From IMG/VR virus record IMGVR_UViG_3300044620_000592, positions 41,670-105,669 of that record: a DNA stretch of 64,000 nucleotides; one strand, 5' to 3'. Under the pieces are notes generated by a model. That model did no database searches. It worked only from the letters and a program-made list of their open reading frames with translations, and was not told where the DNA came from. The translations under genes were made by a program, and so were the position numbers. The stretch is from a virus. Of the stretch, positions 29,747-39,820 are shown one piece after another (the first letter of the stretch is position 1; every line of letters starts with the position of its first letter).

Positions 29747-30760
29747 TCAATTGAATGTATTTTGATAATCTTTGTATCTTTCAAGAATCTTATCAGCAAC
29801 AGAATCCCAAGACCATTCAGAATGAATAATTCTTGCAGACTTCATAGCAAAGTCTGAAATTTCATCATATTCATTAACAACACTTTGCATGGTTTTTAAA
29901 AGTTCGTCAATATCTGGAGAGGCCCATAGACCTGTATCATCATTGTATACATGGTCATGCCAAGAGGCTTTTGTCATTGTTGCTGAAATAGGAATACCCA
30001 GATGGGCATAGTCTGTACAGCCAGTAGCGTTTGTAATAATGGTTGGAAGTCCTGTAGCCATTGACTCTAAAGGAATCAAGCCAAAACCTTCTCCGCTTGT
30101 TGGATAAACCATACAATGACATTTATGATAAAGCCGTACTAATTCATCCGTAGTAAAGATGTCTGGTATCCCAACAATTTGAGGATGCTCAATTGCATTT
30201 ACCAAATTACCATTAATATAAACTTCTGCATGACAGAAGTTGTTATATTTAAGAACTAGCCTATAATCATCATCACCATCATAGAGTTCTAGGAAAGCGT
30301 CTACAACAAGTTGTGCATTCTTTCTTTTAGAATCTCCACCGACATGAAGGAATACAAATCTATTTGTTAACTCTCTCTCATAAATTTCCCATTCTGGAGT
30401 AACTCCATGAGGTATTACATGAATATTTGTATGAACCTTATTCTGAAGATAGATATCTTTAACAAAATTAGATGTTGCCCAGATTTCATCACACTGAGAC
30501 ATATGGTAAAACCAGTTTTTTGGTACTTTAGTTGACTCCCAAGGAGTATAACCTACTTTATATTTATTTTTTAATCTATAATATAAAGGACTACAAAAGT
30601 TAATGTGATAATCAATTTCTTCTCTGCTATAAAAAACAGCAGTTTCTTTTTTCTGAAGAGCCAAGATGGTATTAATACCAGCATTGTAATAACCTTGGCT
30701 ATACCAAAGTTCTCCAGATTCATCTAAATTGTTGAGGCTAAACCAGCTAATTTTATTCAT
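29747..30760 (-). CDS. glycosyltransferase (GT4/GT-B)
   Basis: RKN and EGFGLIPLESMATGLP motifs. Confidence 0.85.
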   Translation of the reverse strand: MNKISWFSLNNLDESGELWYSQGYYNAGINTILALQKKETAVFYSREEIDYHINFCSPLYYRLKNKYKVGYTPWESTKVPKNWFYHMSQCDEIWATSNFVKDIYLQNKVHTNIHVIPHGVTPEWEIYERELTNRFVFLHVGGDSKRKNAQLVVDAFLELYDGDDDYRLVLKYNNFCHAEVYINGNLVNAIEHPQIVGIPDIFTTDELVRLYHKCHCMVYPTSGEGFGLIPLESMATGLPTIITNATGCTDYAHLGIPISATMTKASWHDHVYNDDTGLWASPDIDELLKTMQSVVNEYDEISDFAMKSARIIHSEWSWDSVADKILERYKDYQNTFN

Positions 30761-30770
30761 TAATCTTTAC

Positions 30771-30992
30771 TTATATTTGATCTTCAGCAAATGCGTTTAA
30801 ACATACTACACCTTTTGCAATCAATGCATGGGCAGTTTCTTCAGAAATTTCACAAGTAATTGGGCGATCAGAGTACATACATCTTGTCGCAGCCATATAA
30901 AAATCACCAAAACTAAATACAGTAATGTGATCAGGGTCAACAATAATGGCAGGGCCGTAGTCATCAGACTCAACAACCGCAATTATTTCCAT
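30771..30992 (-). CDS. hypothetical protein
   Basis: Leaderless-type start 6 nt after TATGAT. Confidence 0.55.
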   Translation of the reverse strand: MEIIAVVESDDYGPAIIVDPDHITVFSFGDFYMAATRCMYSDRPITCEISEETAHALIAKGVVCLNAFAEDQI

Positions 30993-31188
30993 AGTATCAA
31001 TCATAGCATTCTTATAATTCTTTATAAACAATATAATCTAAGTACTATAAGTACTTAAAGCACACTTAGCATACTAGGAGTACTACGCATGCTGACATGC
31101 TTTAGCATACAGCAGTTGTCAAATCAATGTGTCCAAGAAAAGACTTTTTTTAAAGAATTTTTTGAATTCTTCATGGTAGGATTTCATC

Positions 31189-31887
31189 ATGAGTTACAAG
31201 AATACAGTATTTGATGTTTTAGATCACGGAGAAGTTGAACTTTTAGATGTGATGGGCAACGATGTTGCCATTGTTAACGCAGCGAAGGTTTCTTTTGCTG
31301 CACAGGTCAAGGAGATGGATGAATCTTCAATTGGCTTAATTAATTACCTTATGAAGAATAAGCATGCTACTCCGTTTGAGCATGTTATTTTTAAGTTTAG
31401 AATTAAGGCTCCAATTTTTGTAACGAGAGAGTGGATGAGACATAGATGGTCATCATTTAACGAAATGAGTATGAGATATCATGTTCCTCCAGTTATTGAT
31501 TATTATATTCCTGCTTATGACAAAATTAGAAAGCAAACTGGAAAACCCGGCGCTTATAAGTTTGAAGAAATTGAAGATCTAGAAGTTAAGGAACTTGTAT
31601 ATTACAACTTTCAAAATGTAATCAATCAGGCAGATAAGGCTTATCACACTCTTCTAGAGGCCGGTGTTGCTAAAGAGATTGCTCGATGTGTACTGCCAGT
31701 AACTCAATATACAGAGTTTATTTGGACAGTCAATGCAAGATCTTTAATTAATTTCTTGAGCTTGAGAAATGAAGAAGCTGCTCAGTACGAGATTAGAGAG
31801 TTTGCGGAGATTATTGAGATGTTGTTTGCTTATGCTCTACCATTTACTCACATGGCTTTTACAGGTTCTGGCAGAACAGCAATTTAA
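31189..31887 (+). CDS. thyX: flavin-dependent thymidylate synthase
   Basis: HATPFEH and RHRWSSFNEMSMRY motifs. Confidence 0.95.
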   Translation: MSYKNTVFDVLDHGEVELLDVMGNDVAIVNAAKVSFAAQVKEMDESSIGLINYLMKNKHATPFEHVIFKFRIKAPIFVTREWMRHRWSSFNEMSMRYHVPPVIDYYIPAYDKIRKQTGKPGAYKFEEIEDLEVKELVYYNFQNVINQADKAYHTLLEAGVAKEIARCVLPVTQYTEFIWTVNARSLINFLSLRNEEAAQYEIREFAEIIEMLFAYALPFTHMAFTGSGRTAI

Positions 31888-31890
31888 TAA

Positions 31891-32169
31891 ATGAGGGTTG
31901 TTAATTATCCGCATGATTATGAATTAAATGATATTCATAGCTTATCAATAACAATTAAAGCCGTTCCATTTGAGGGTTACTTTGTACCAGCATTTGTAAT
32001 TACATCTCCAGAGGATGACTATGAAATAACAATTGACGAGCTTAACTGTTTAATGGATGGTATTGAGATTGCAACGAAGAAAATTGACGATATAATAGAT
32101 TTTATATTAAGAAATAAGGTTTTTAATCAAAAGGAGGAACCAGATGTTGATGGGGAGAGTGATTCCTGA
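31891..32169 (+). CDS. hypothetical protein
   Basis: Operonic ORF. Confidence 0.6.
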   Translation: MRVVNYPHDYELNDIHSLSITIKAVPFEGYFVPAFVITSPEDDYEITIDELNCLMDGIEIATKKIDDIIDFILRNKVFNQKEEPDVDGESDS

Positions 32170-32431
32170 TTTTCCATATCCGGTAAAGCTATGTCCATAC
32201 TGCAATCGTCAGCTTGTAGTGGTTAATGCCATTCATTGGCATGAAGACCCATATCAGTTTAAAGCCGTGTATTTAGACCCTAATCCAAAATGTCCGGTCT
32301 ATGATGAAGAAGCTCTTCAGGCTTATGCGAGAATTTATTACACATCTGAAGATGCTTTCAATTACTTTAGAGATGTCCAGATTCCTGTCCAAAGATGGAG
32401 TCAAGAAGATTTATATTCTATTTATCAATAG
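32144..32431 (+). CDS. hypothetical protein (CxxC)
   Basis: SD GGAGG; CPYC motif. Confidence 0.6.
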   Translation: MLMGRVIPDFPYPVKLCPYCNRQLVVVNAIHWHEDPYQFKAVYLDPNPKCPVYDEEALQAYARIYYTSEDAFNYFRDVQIPVQRWSQEDLYSIYQ

Positions 32432-32454
32432 TTTAATGGTATAATTAGTCTACT

Positions 32455-33435
32455 ATGCCTGTAAATCCTTGCTCTGAAAATGGAAACCCCGGATTTAAAT
32501 GGGGAGATAGTGGAAAGTGCTATATCTACACTCGCGGTGACACGGAATCGATGGGTGAGGCAAAGCGCAAGGCAACTGTTCAGGGACTTGCAACTGGCGA
32601 GTATGAATCCGAGAAGTCCTTTGATGAAGAGCAGTTGGAGCAAACTTTAAAGTCATTAAAAGAATGGTTTAAAGAAAAATGGGTTGACATCTCAAGACCA
32701 AAACCCGGTGGTGGATTTGAACCTTGCGGTCGTAGCGATGCAAGCACTGGTAAATATCCAAAGTGCGTTCCTGCGTCAAGGGCAGCTCAAATGAGTCCTG
32801 AGCAGATTGCGTCTGCTGTACGTAGGAAAAGAACTGCTGAGGCAACTCAAGCAAGAGATGGCAAGAAGCCAATATATGTGTCTACAGATAAAGAAAAAAT
32901 AGAAAAAGCCAATACTCCTATTGATCCTGAACTTTATGCAAGGGTTAAAGCGGAGGCAAAGGCTAAATTCGATGTATATCCTTCAGCCTATGCAAATGCA
33001 TGGCTTGTTCGAGAATATAAAAAAAGAGGAGGAGGTTACAGAGTGACAAAAGAAAATGTGGAAAAAGTCGCAGAAGATCTTGCAGAAGAAGAAGCTGCAC
33101 TTGCAGATGCTTTAATAACAATTGCATCAAATTATGGCAAGTTTAATGAAGATGAAACCGGCATTTGGGCTGGCTATGATGAGCCAGACGAAAATGAGGT
33201 TAAAGACATTGGAGTTAAATGTGCGAATTGTGTTCTATATGAGGGTGATGGCATTTGTAAAATTATTGCCCAAAAAGTAGAAGAAGAAGGAAAATGCAGA
33301 TTTGCTGTAATTCCAGATGGACTCGTAAAACCAGAAATGGAAGATGAATACGAAGAAGAGGATGACGAAGAAGAAGATTCAATGTCTACCCTCGTCTCTA
33401 TGCTTAGAGATTTATTAAATAATAAGGAGAAATAA
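32455..33435 (+). CDS. multi-module hypothetical protein with C-terminal Cys cluster
   Basis: Modules GFKWGDSGKCY, EWFKEKWVDI, PSAYANAW and CANC...C...C. Confidence 0.75.
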   Translation: MPVNPCSENGNPGFKWGDSGKCYIYTRGDTESMGEAKRKATVQGLATGEYESEKSFDEEQLEQTLKSLKEWFKEKWVDISRPKPGGGFEPCGRSDASTGKYPKCVPASRAAQMSPEQIASAVRRKRTAEATQARDGKKPIYVSTDKEKIEKANTPIDPELYARVKAEAKAKFDVYPSAYANAWLVREYKKRGGGYRVTKENVEKVAEDLAEEEAALADALITIASNYGKFNEDETGIWAGYDEPDENEVKDIGVKCANCVLYEGDGICKIIAQKVEEEGKCRFAVIPDGLVKPEMEDEYEEEDDEEEDSMSTLVSMLRDLLNNKEK

Positions 33436-33436
33436 A

Positions 33437-33817
33437 ATGAAATACAACATTGATAAAATGATTCAAGATCATGACGCAATGAAGTCTTGGCATGAGGGTA
33501 TGGCTAAATCAGCCGCCGATAGCATGCAGGACCATATCAAAGCAGCTGCTTGGCATAACTCACAGGCTGACATTATGAAGTCTATGATGAGCGAAGTACC
33601 TCTTGATCCAGAAAAGAAGGTTACAACCATTCCTACCGCTGGATCAGCACAAACACCAGTTTCTGGTGCCGGTATGACAGCACCAACAAAGCAGATTGCT
33701 CTTGACCCAGAAGTTAAGAAGTCTGACTTGGTTGCTATTCTTAGCGAGCATGTAGCTGAATATGGCGATTTCGACATGGAAGTTGAAGCCATTGCTAAAT
33801 TCCTTTTGAACGACTAA
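33437..33817 (+). CDS. hypothetical protein
   Basis: 126 aa with SD. Confidence 0.7.
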   Translation: MKYNIDKMIQDHDAMKSWHEGMAKSAADSMQDHIKAAAWHNSQADIMKSMMSEVPLDPEKKVTTIPTAGSAQTPVSGAGMTAPTKQIALDPEVKKSDLVAILSEHVAEYGDFDMEVEAIAKFLLND

Positions 33818-34008
33818 TGGATGCAAGCATTATTGGTGTAGTAATTGCAGGAGTGTTTTCTGTTCTTGTTACTCTTATTCAGAAAACAAGAAAAGAAAAT
33901 AAAGAAGATCATAACATGGTCTACGACTCACTTCAAAACTTACACGATGATGTTCGTTCGGTTAATGAGAAATTAGATAATCATATTGATTGGCATTTGA
34001 ATAAATAA
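33817..34008 (+). CDS. small membrane-anchored coiled-coil protein
   Basis: N-terminal TM helix followed by coiled coil. Confidence 0.65.
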   Translation: MDASIIGVVIAGVFSVLVTLIQKTRKENKEDHNMVYDSLQNLHDDVRSVNEKLDNHIDWHLNK

Positions 34009-34015
34009 AAAGTCT

Positions 34016-34080
34016 AGAGCGTCTCTTGGTAGTGATATTTCGAAAGATTATTACTAACTCCAAGAGACGCTCTTTTTTTT
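34016..34080 (+). terminator. intrinsic terminator (long stem)
   Basis: agagcgtctcttgg...ccaagagacgctct followed by a T run. Confidence 0.75.
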
Positions 34081-34145
34081 GCAAACTCGATGAAAATGCC
34101 CTGATTATCTGATATGATTCTTGAACATCTCAACAAAAGGAAGAA

Positions 34146-34571
34146 ATGCTTACAAAAGAACAAGAAAACAATCTCATTTCAAGAATCCCAAAAGGAACGA
34201 TTGAAGAAGATTTGCGTGTTGCCTACTCTGTTATTGCTGGTTTGAGAGATGATAAATCACCAGCACAAGTTTCTGCTTACTACTCAGCTTCAATCGAATC
34301 TGTGAACAAATGGTTCCAGTTCTTTGAGGTTGAAATTCCCGATGGCGCGTCTAAGAAGGGCAAAGGTCGAAAGGGTAAAGACTTGTCGGCCTATATGAAA
34401 AACAATACCGGAAGAGTAATTACTCCAAAAATTGTTGCTGACGAGGTTGGGATATCTTTACCTACTTTTTATAATTATTATAATGCAAATAGGCACTTGT
34501 TTAAAAAAGTAAAAAGAGGAGAGTTCCAAATTGCAGATCCAAAACAAGAAAGAGCGGAGAATAAGAAATGA
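34146..34571 (+). CDS. HTH DNA-binding protein
   Basis: ITPKIVADEVGISLPTFYNYY helix-turn-helix. Confidence 0.65.
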   Translation: MLTKEQENNLISRIPKGTIEEDLRVAYSVIAGLRDDKSPAQVSAYYSASIESVNKWFQFFEVEIPDGASKKGKGRKGKDLSAYMKNNTGRVITPKIVADEVGISLPTFYNYYNANRHLFKKVKRGEFQIADPKQERAENKK

Positions 34572-35257
34572 GTTTGATTGAAAAGTCTTTGGCTGTTGAT
34601 AGCAAAGTATTTGAAACATGGGAAGATGCTGACAAATTTTGTGTATCTAAAATTTTTAGATTTTCAGAGCAGTGTGGTAATGCTTCTTTGTCACAGTGTA
34701 TTGAACTTGTTGTAAATTCATCCACTATTTCTAATAACAACATATTTGCTTATATGACATTTAGAACAGATAATGAAATTGACTTCCTTAAAAGCATTAT
34801 TGATCAATACCTAGAATCAGGGCTTGAAATGCTTGAGCCAAATTCTTTTAGCAGTCATGAAGAGTTGCAAACTGTTATTGAAGCACATCAAGCGATGTTT
34901 CTTCTCATGGCTCATAGCGCTATCAAGCTTTTTGACCAGCTTCAGAATGATGAAAGATACAAATCTTTTATAAATGTATTTCTCTCAGAAACAATGATTG
35001 CAGAAACTGTTGCAAAAAAACAGCGTGATTATGGCCCAAACAATGTTTCAAAATTTGGAGTTTCCGGATTAGTTGTAAGAATTCACGATAAAATTGCAAG
35101 ACTCGATAATCTCCTTTCTTCATCTAGGAAAGGACAGAACTCTGTAAAGAACGAAACTGTCTTTGATACATTGCTTGACATTGTTGGCTATTCAACGGTT
35201 GCTCTGCTTTGGGTTAATGGCTGGTTTCTCACACCTATGAGTATTGATAAGCCATGA
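34568..35257 (+). CDS. nucleotide-modification-associated (DUF1599-like) protein
   Basis: KKQRDYG...RIHDKIARL...DTLLDIVGYS motif. Confidence 0.7.
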   Translation: MSLIEKSLAVDSKVFETWEDADKFCVSKIFRFSEQCGNASLSQCIELVVNSSTISNNNIFAYMTFRTDNEIDFLKSIIDQYLESGLEMLEPNSFSSHEELQTVIEAHQAMFLLMAHSAIKLFDQLQNDERYKSFINVFLSETMIAETVAKKQRDYGPNNVSKFGVSGLVVRIHDKIARLDNLLSSSRKGQNSVKNETVFDTLLDIVGYSTVALLWVNGWFLTPMSIDKP

Positions 35258-35859
35258 CAACAATTGTTGGAATACAGGGTGATGGGTATTCACTGATTTG
35301 TACAGACTCAAGAGTTTCTTCATTTGATGAGGGAGGCATGGCCTACCAGATTACGACTCTTGGAACTGGAACATCAAAAGTTGCACAAAACGGTAGATAC
35401 CTACTTGGAGCTGCTGGTGATGTTAGAGCTATCAATATTCTTCATCATGTATTTATTCCACCAGCGCCTCCTTTTTCAGAAGGTGGTGTAAAACTAGATC
35501 ATTTTATTACTCAGAAGTTTATTCCACAGCTTAGGAACTGTTTTGAAAATACTGGATATGCAATGCCAGATAATGACGCTAAAGATCATATTGCAGAACA
35601 TTCATCTCAAATTCTTGTAGTTGTAAATGGTACTATATATATTATTGATGGAGACTATTCTTGGACTTCGGACAAGACTGGAATCTATGCAATAGGAACT
35701 GGCTCATCGTATGCGCTTGGGGCATTATATGCATTGTCAAATGGAAAAGAAATGACAATGCCAAAAGCCAAAGTAGCAATTAATAAAGCTTTATCAATCG
35801 CTTCTAAATTTGATCCGTATACAGGGGCTCCGTTCCAAACTTTTATACAGGAGCAATAA
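35254..35859 (+). CDS. HslV/proteasome beta-like Ntn threonine protease
   Basis: MTTIVG start, DSR, AIGTGSSYALG, DPYTG. Confidence 0.8.
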   Translation: MTTIVGIQGDGYSLICTDSRVSSFDEGGMAYQITTLGTGTSKVAQNGRYLLGAAGDVRAINILHHVFIPPAPPFSEGGVKLDHFITQKFIPQLRNCFENTGYAMPDNDAKDHIAEHSSQILVVVNGTIYIIDGDYSWTSDKTGIYAIGTGSSYALGALYALSNGKEMTMPKAKVAINKALSIASKFDPYTGAPFQTFIQEQ

Positions 35860-36032
35860 TGCCGACATACCAATATAAGTGTCTTAATGGTCATGAATTT
35901 GAAGAGACTCGAAAGATAAACGAAGACCAAAAAATAACCCTCTGTTCAGAGTGCGGACACGCTCTTAAGCAGGTATACTCATCACCGGGTATCCAGCTTA
36001 AAGGCGGGGGCTTCTATCGTAATAATCGATAG
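35859..36032 (+). CDS. FmdB-family zinc ribbon protein (not in ORF track)
   Basis: MPTYQYKCLNGHEFE...CSECG...KGGGFY. Confidence 0.8.
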   Translation: MPTYQYKCLNGHEFEETRKINEDQKITLCSECGHALKQVYSSPGIQLKGGGFYRNNR

Positions 36033-36045
36033 TGTATAATTATTA

Positions 36046-36142
36046 CGACACCTCTGTGTCTGTTGCGCGAGTGCAGGCTACCTTGAGGATCGTTATAGTT
36101 ACGCCAAAGCCCCGTGTTTAAAAGCATGGGGCTTTGGTTTTT
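36046..36142 (+). ncRNA. candidate small structured RNA or attenuator upstream of P450
   Basis: TATAAT at 36035-36040, hairpin GACAC/GTGTC, ends in terminator ccaaagccccgtg...catggggctttgg plus T run. Confidence 0.4.
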
Positions 36143-36153
36143 ATAGGAGAAAT

Positions 36154-37389
36154 ATGGCTATTAATGTAAATGATATGGAACTACCTTATGTTCCGGCAAA
36201 GATTATTAAATCAGATTTAGATGCATACGATCAATTTCTTATTGGAATTGATGCGCGTGAAAAAAGTTGGATTGCAACAACTAATCTTTCATATATAATT
36301 TTAGATCATGATCATTCTTTTAAAATGTCAAGAGATACAAGATGGCATAATGGCTTATCACTTTTAAGTGATTTAAATCCTCATTTTGATGAAAAAACAA
36401 AAGAAGGTCGAAGAAAAATAATTATAAATCTTGAAGGTAATGACCATCTGAGATTGAAGAGAATTATTGGACCAGTCTTTTCTCCTAAAAATGCAGACTC
36501 ATTAAGGCCAGATATGGAAAAAGCCATTAATGAGATTATTGATGCCGTTATTGAAAGTGGTGAATGTGATTTACAAAAGGATATATTTAATAAATATCCG
36601 TCATATATTATTACAAAAATACTTGGTATTCCAAATTCTGATTGGGAAGAGTTTAGTAGATGGGCTGATATTACATTTAGTACATTTGCAGGCAACTATG
36701 ACCAAGATCCAGAAGAAGTTCGCAATACGCAAAAGAAACTTGATAAGTACACTCAAAATTTAGTATATGAAAAAAGAAACAATCTTGGAAATGACCTTGT
36801 GTCGATGTTAATCACTGCAGAATCCGATGGGGAAAAATTAACCGATTCTGAGATTGTGCATTTAATTCAAGCGGTTTTAATGGGTGGACTTGATACGACA
36901 AAGCATCAGTTAGGTCTTATTTCAATAATGTTAGCAGACCAGCCAGAACTAATTGATATGTTATCTAAAGATATAAATGTTCAAGAAATTATTGAAGAGT
37001 CAATTCGGTTAGATGGTGTATTTAAATATGTGATAAGAGTTGCATCTGAAGATATTGAATATAATGGCGTTTTGTTCCCTAAGGGTACAATTATCTCTCC
37101 AGCATTAATGGTTGGTAATTACGATGAGTCGACATTTAATGATGCTGGAAGCTTTATGGTAGATAGACCAAACAGGAAGGGCGCAACTCTTTCATTCGGA
37201 GCTGGAATTCATTATTGCCTAGGTGCATCTATAGCAAGAGCTCAGATACAAGAAGCTATGAGGGCTATTGCAAAAAGAATGCCGGACTATCAGATCAATG
37301 GGGATGTTGTGTATAAGAAAGCATATGAAGCAGTATGGGGAGCCAGATCCCTCCCTGTTAAATTTACTCCAGGGAATAAAAATGCCTGA
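36154..37389 (+). CDS. cytochrome P450
   Basis: I-helix GGLDTT, ExxR (ESIR), heme motif FGAGIHYCLG. Confidence 0.92.
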   Translation: MAINVNDMELPYVPAKIIKSDLDAYDQFLIGIDAREKSWIATTNLSYIILDHDHSFKMSRDTRWHNGLSLLSDLNPHFDEKTKEGRRKIIINLEGNDHLRLKRIIGPVFSPKNADSLRPDMEKAINEIIDAVIESGECDLQKDIFNKYPSYIITKILGIPNSDWEEFSRWADITFSTFAGNYDQDPEEVRNTQKKLDKYTQNLVYEKRNNLGNDLVSMLITAESDGEKLTDSEIVHLIQAVLMGGLDTTKHQLGLISIMLADQPELIDMLSKDINVQEIIEESIRLDGVFKYVIRVASEDIEYNGVLFPKGTIISPALMVGNYDESTFNDAGSFMVDRPNRKGATLSFGAGIHYCLGASIARAQIQEAMRAIAKRMPDYQINGDVVYKKAYEAVWGARSLPVKFTPGNKNA

Positions 37390-38038
37390 GTTAAATGCAA
37401 ACACACCACCAATTCATTGCTATGTGAGGGGCAACTTTTTGACGAACCAAAAACACAGTCATGATATGAAGTTCCCTGTTGTTATCTTTGGTGTCGCTTC
37501 TATTACAGATAGAGCACCGGTATTTCATTTTCTTATGGAAGATGGCGGAGTTTGGTGGAGAGCGCCAATTAGTGCTTTCTGTATGAGGGAAGATAGCCCT
37601 GTTGTTGATATTCACGATTTAGTGATGTGGAACTGTTTCTCTCCATACATCACTGTCACCACATTTGAGCACATGCGAGGCAGATCAATGACCTATGTGG
37701 ACCGGCATAAAGAAGATGTAAATGGAAAATACCTATTCACTCTAGACTGGCATCATCCGGATAACAATATTGTTGACTCTAATTATTCAATTAACTCAGC
37801 CAATCATAAATGCGGTCATGTGATTGAGCGAGAAGATGGTAACTTTGCTATCCAACCTAACAATCGTGTGCATCTTTGGGATCCTTCACATACAACCAAA
37901 AAAGGTGTTCATCTGATTGACCGTGAAGTAAGTGATTACATCTGGGGAGTTGAAGATGGCTCTAAATGGTTGACATCCGATGATTACGCATATAATTACG
38001 ATGTTCAGAATGTGGAGAATAAAAAAAATGTCAAATGA
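37382..38038 (+). CDS. hypothetical phage protein
   Basis: Start reassigned to MPELNANTP, overlapping the P450 stop. Confidence 0.7.
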   Translation: MPELNANTPPIHCYVRGNFLTNQKHSHDMKFPVVIFGVASITDRAPVFHFLMEDGGVWWRAPISAFCMREDSPVVDIHDLVMWNCFSPYITVTTFEHMRGRSMTYVDRHKEDVNGKYLFTLDWHHPDNNIVDSNYSINSANHKCGHVIEREDGNFAIQPNNRVHLWDPSHTTKKGVHLIDREVSDYIWGVEDGSKWLTSDDYAYNYDVQNVENKKNVK

Positions 38039-38309
38039 ATATGAGGCAACAATTCGTGATATGCAAAAGAGCATTGACGAATACGAAAAGAATCTGAGCA
38101 ACTGGATGAAGGTAGCAGAAAAGTACTCAATTGACGCTACACTTGCTAAGATGGAAAGGGATACATATCTTTCCATGATGAAAGAAGTTCACAGGGCAGT
38201 AGCCAATGTAGGCCCGGTTCCTCAATACCACGCCCATGTGATGAGAAAACATCGGGCTGAATGGCCTACACTGTGGAAAGCTATTGATAGGATTCTTGAT
38301 AGTCTTTAA
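38028..38309 (+). CDS. hypothetical protein
   Basis: Coupled ORF. Confidence 0.6.
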   Translation: MSNEYEATIRDMQKSIDEYEKNLSNWMKVAEKYSIDATLAKMERDTYLSMMKEVHRAVANVGPVPQYHAHVMRKHRAEWPTLWKAIDRILDSL

Positions 38310-38312
38310 CTC

Positions 38313-38384
38313 TCGGAGATTGTGTAATTGGCAGCACAAATGGTTTTGGTCCATTTAGTCAGGGTTCGAGTCCTTGTCTCCGAA
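38313..38384 (+). tRNA. tRNA-Gln(TTG)
   Basis: Acceptor TCGGAGA/TCTCCGA, anticodon stem aatgg/ccatt, GGTTCGAGTCC T arm. Confidence 0.85.
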
Positions 38385-38386
38385 CT

Positions 38387-38599
38387 ATGGAAAATAAAAA
38401 ACAAACAACTTCAGTTACAACCATTCTACTGGTTGTATTTGTAGTATTAAAGTTAACCAATAATATTGACTGGTCATGGTGGTGGGTATTGTCCCCCATC
38501 TGGATTCCAATTGCCTTTATTGCAGTAATTGCAATATCCATTGGGATTCTAATGGCTTTGTTTGGGAGTAGGGAAGTTCATGAGTCTAACGGTAATTGA
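38387..38599 (+). CDS. small membrane protein
   Basis: IDWSWWWVLSPIWIP motif. Confidence 0.7.
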   Translation: MENKKQTTSVTTILLVVFVVLKLTNNIDWSWWWVLSPIWIPIAFIAVIAISIGILMALFGSREVHESNGN

Positions 38600-39152
38600 A
38601 GATTTCATCCTCAAAGATAAACAAGACGAGCTTGAGGCTTATGTAAAGGACTCAAAGTTCCCTTACCGCTTTCATAAGATTCATAACTATGGGGCTGGAG
38701 GCGCAGCTTGGGGAGAAGATCTCCAACTGACCCATCATCTGATGATGTATGGGGAACATGACGTATCTCCACACTTCCCTATCATTGCTCCGTTGTATGA
38801 CACCCTTACAAAATTGTATGGCAGTATCACCTTCTTCAGAGCGAAGGTCAACTGTACCTTCCCTAGCGTCACAATGTCTCCATATGCCCCTCAGGAGCCC
38901 CATGTCGATTTAAAATACGAGGATGGTCGTTCTGTTCCACACCTCGTATGTTTGTATTATATAAATAATGCGGATGGCCCGACATATTTTTATGACGGGA
39001 ATGGTAGAATTACACATAAGATTGAACCCGATAAGGGAACGGCGGTGATTTTTGATGGTAGTATTATGCATGCGGGCAGCAATCCGGTTAACTTCCCTTA
39101 TCGATTCGCTTTTAACATTAATTTTAGGCAAGGTACAAGCGAAAAGCTTTGA
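38580..39152 (+). CDS. 2OG-Fe(II) oxygenase-like protein
   Basis: PHVD...LYYINNADGPT...FDGSIMH...R motifs. Confidence 0.75.
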   Translation: MSLTVIEDFILKDKQDELEAYVKDSKFPYRFHKIHNYGAGGAAWGEDLQLTHHLMMYGEHDVSPHFPIIAPLYDTLTKLYGSITFFRAKVNCTFPSVTMSPYAPQEPHVDLKYEDGRSVPHLVCLYYINNADGPTYFYDGNGRITHKIEPDKGTAVIFDGSIMHAGSNPVNFPYRFAFNINFRQGTSEKL

Positions 39153-39427
39153 TATGATGATAAACAACAGCAAGGGTGGCCCAAAAAGGTACTATTCGCA
39201 TGGCAAGCGTAGGAGCAATCGTGGCTTCCCCCAAAATTCGAAGGGTCACCGACTTTCCCACCTTATCCCAGCAAATTATGTCTATGTATATCCCATTAGA
39301 GAGAGTATGGAATGATAGAAAACATCATCAGTGGAGTTATCCTAGCCTCTATAGGAGTCTTATTCTATATTACTAATAAGACTGAAAAAAATTAAACCCG
39401 AAATTCAATTATAAAGAAAGAATTATT

Positions 39428-39820
39428 ATGTTAAATATTATTAAGAAACTAAACAAACTCATTTCCAAGAGTAAAAAAATTGAAGTTGAGACTCCTTCTG
39501 TGTTCTCTAATGAGAAATACGAAGAGATTCAAGCATTTGTATATAGAGACCTCGATCTAATCAAGAAGAAAGCTGCATACGCAGCATATATTCAGAATCT
39601 CCCCGAACCTTTATCTGCTGAAGCCCAAGAAAAGATTAGACTCCGCAAGATTGAGCTCTCTCAAACAGTCGATAAGATGATTAGAGCCCATAAACCCGCA
39701 CTTGACAAGCTTGCGAAGTCTGAGACACCCAAGAGAATCGAAATCAATCTTCCTGAGTATGTTTTGGAAATCGACCAATCCCCGATTCCCCGACATCCCC
39801 GAACCCCCAAATCATTGTGA
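39428..39820 (+). CDS. hypothetical protein
   Basis: 130 aa with SD. Confidence 0.6.
   Translation: MLNIIKKLNKLISKSKKIEVETPSVFSNEKYEEIQAFVYRDLDLIKKKAAYAAYIQNLPEPLSAEAQEKIRLRKIELSQTVDKMIRAHKPALDKLAKSETPKRIEINLPEYVLEIDQSPIPRHPRTPKSL

Noticed and set aside
31040-31110. Short palindromes (agtact, gcatgc) between divergent genes
   Set aside because: Too short to support a specific call
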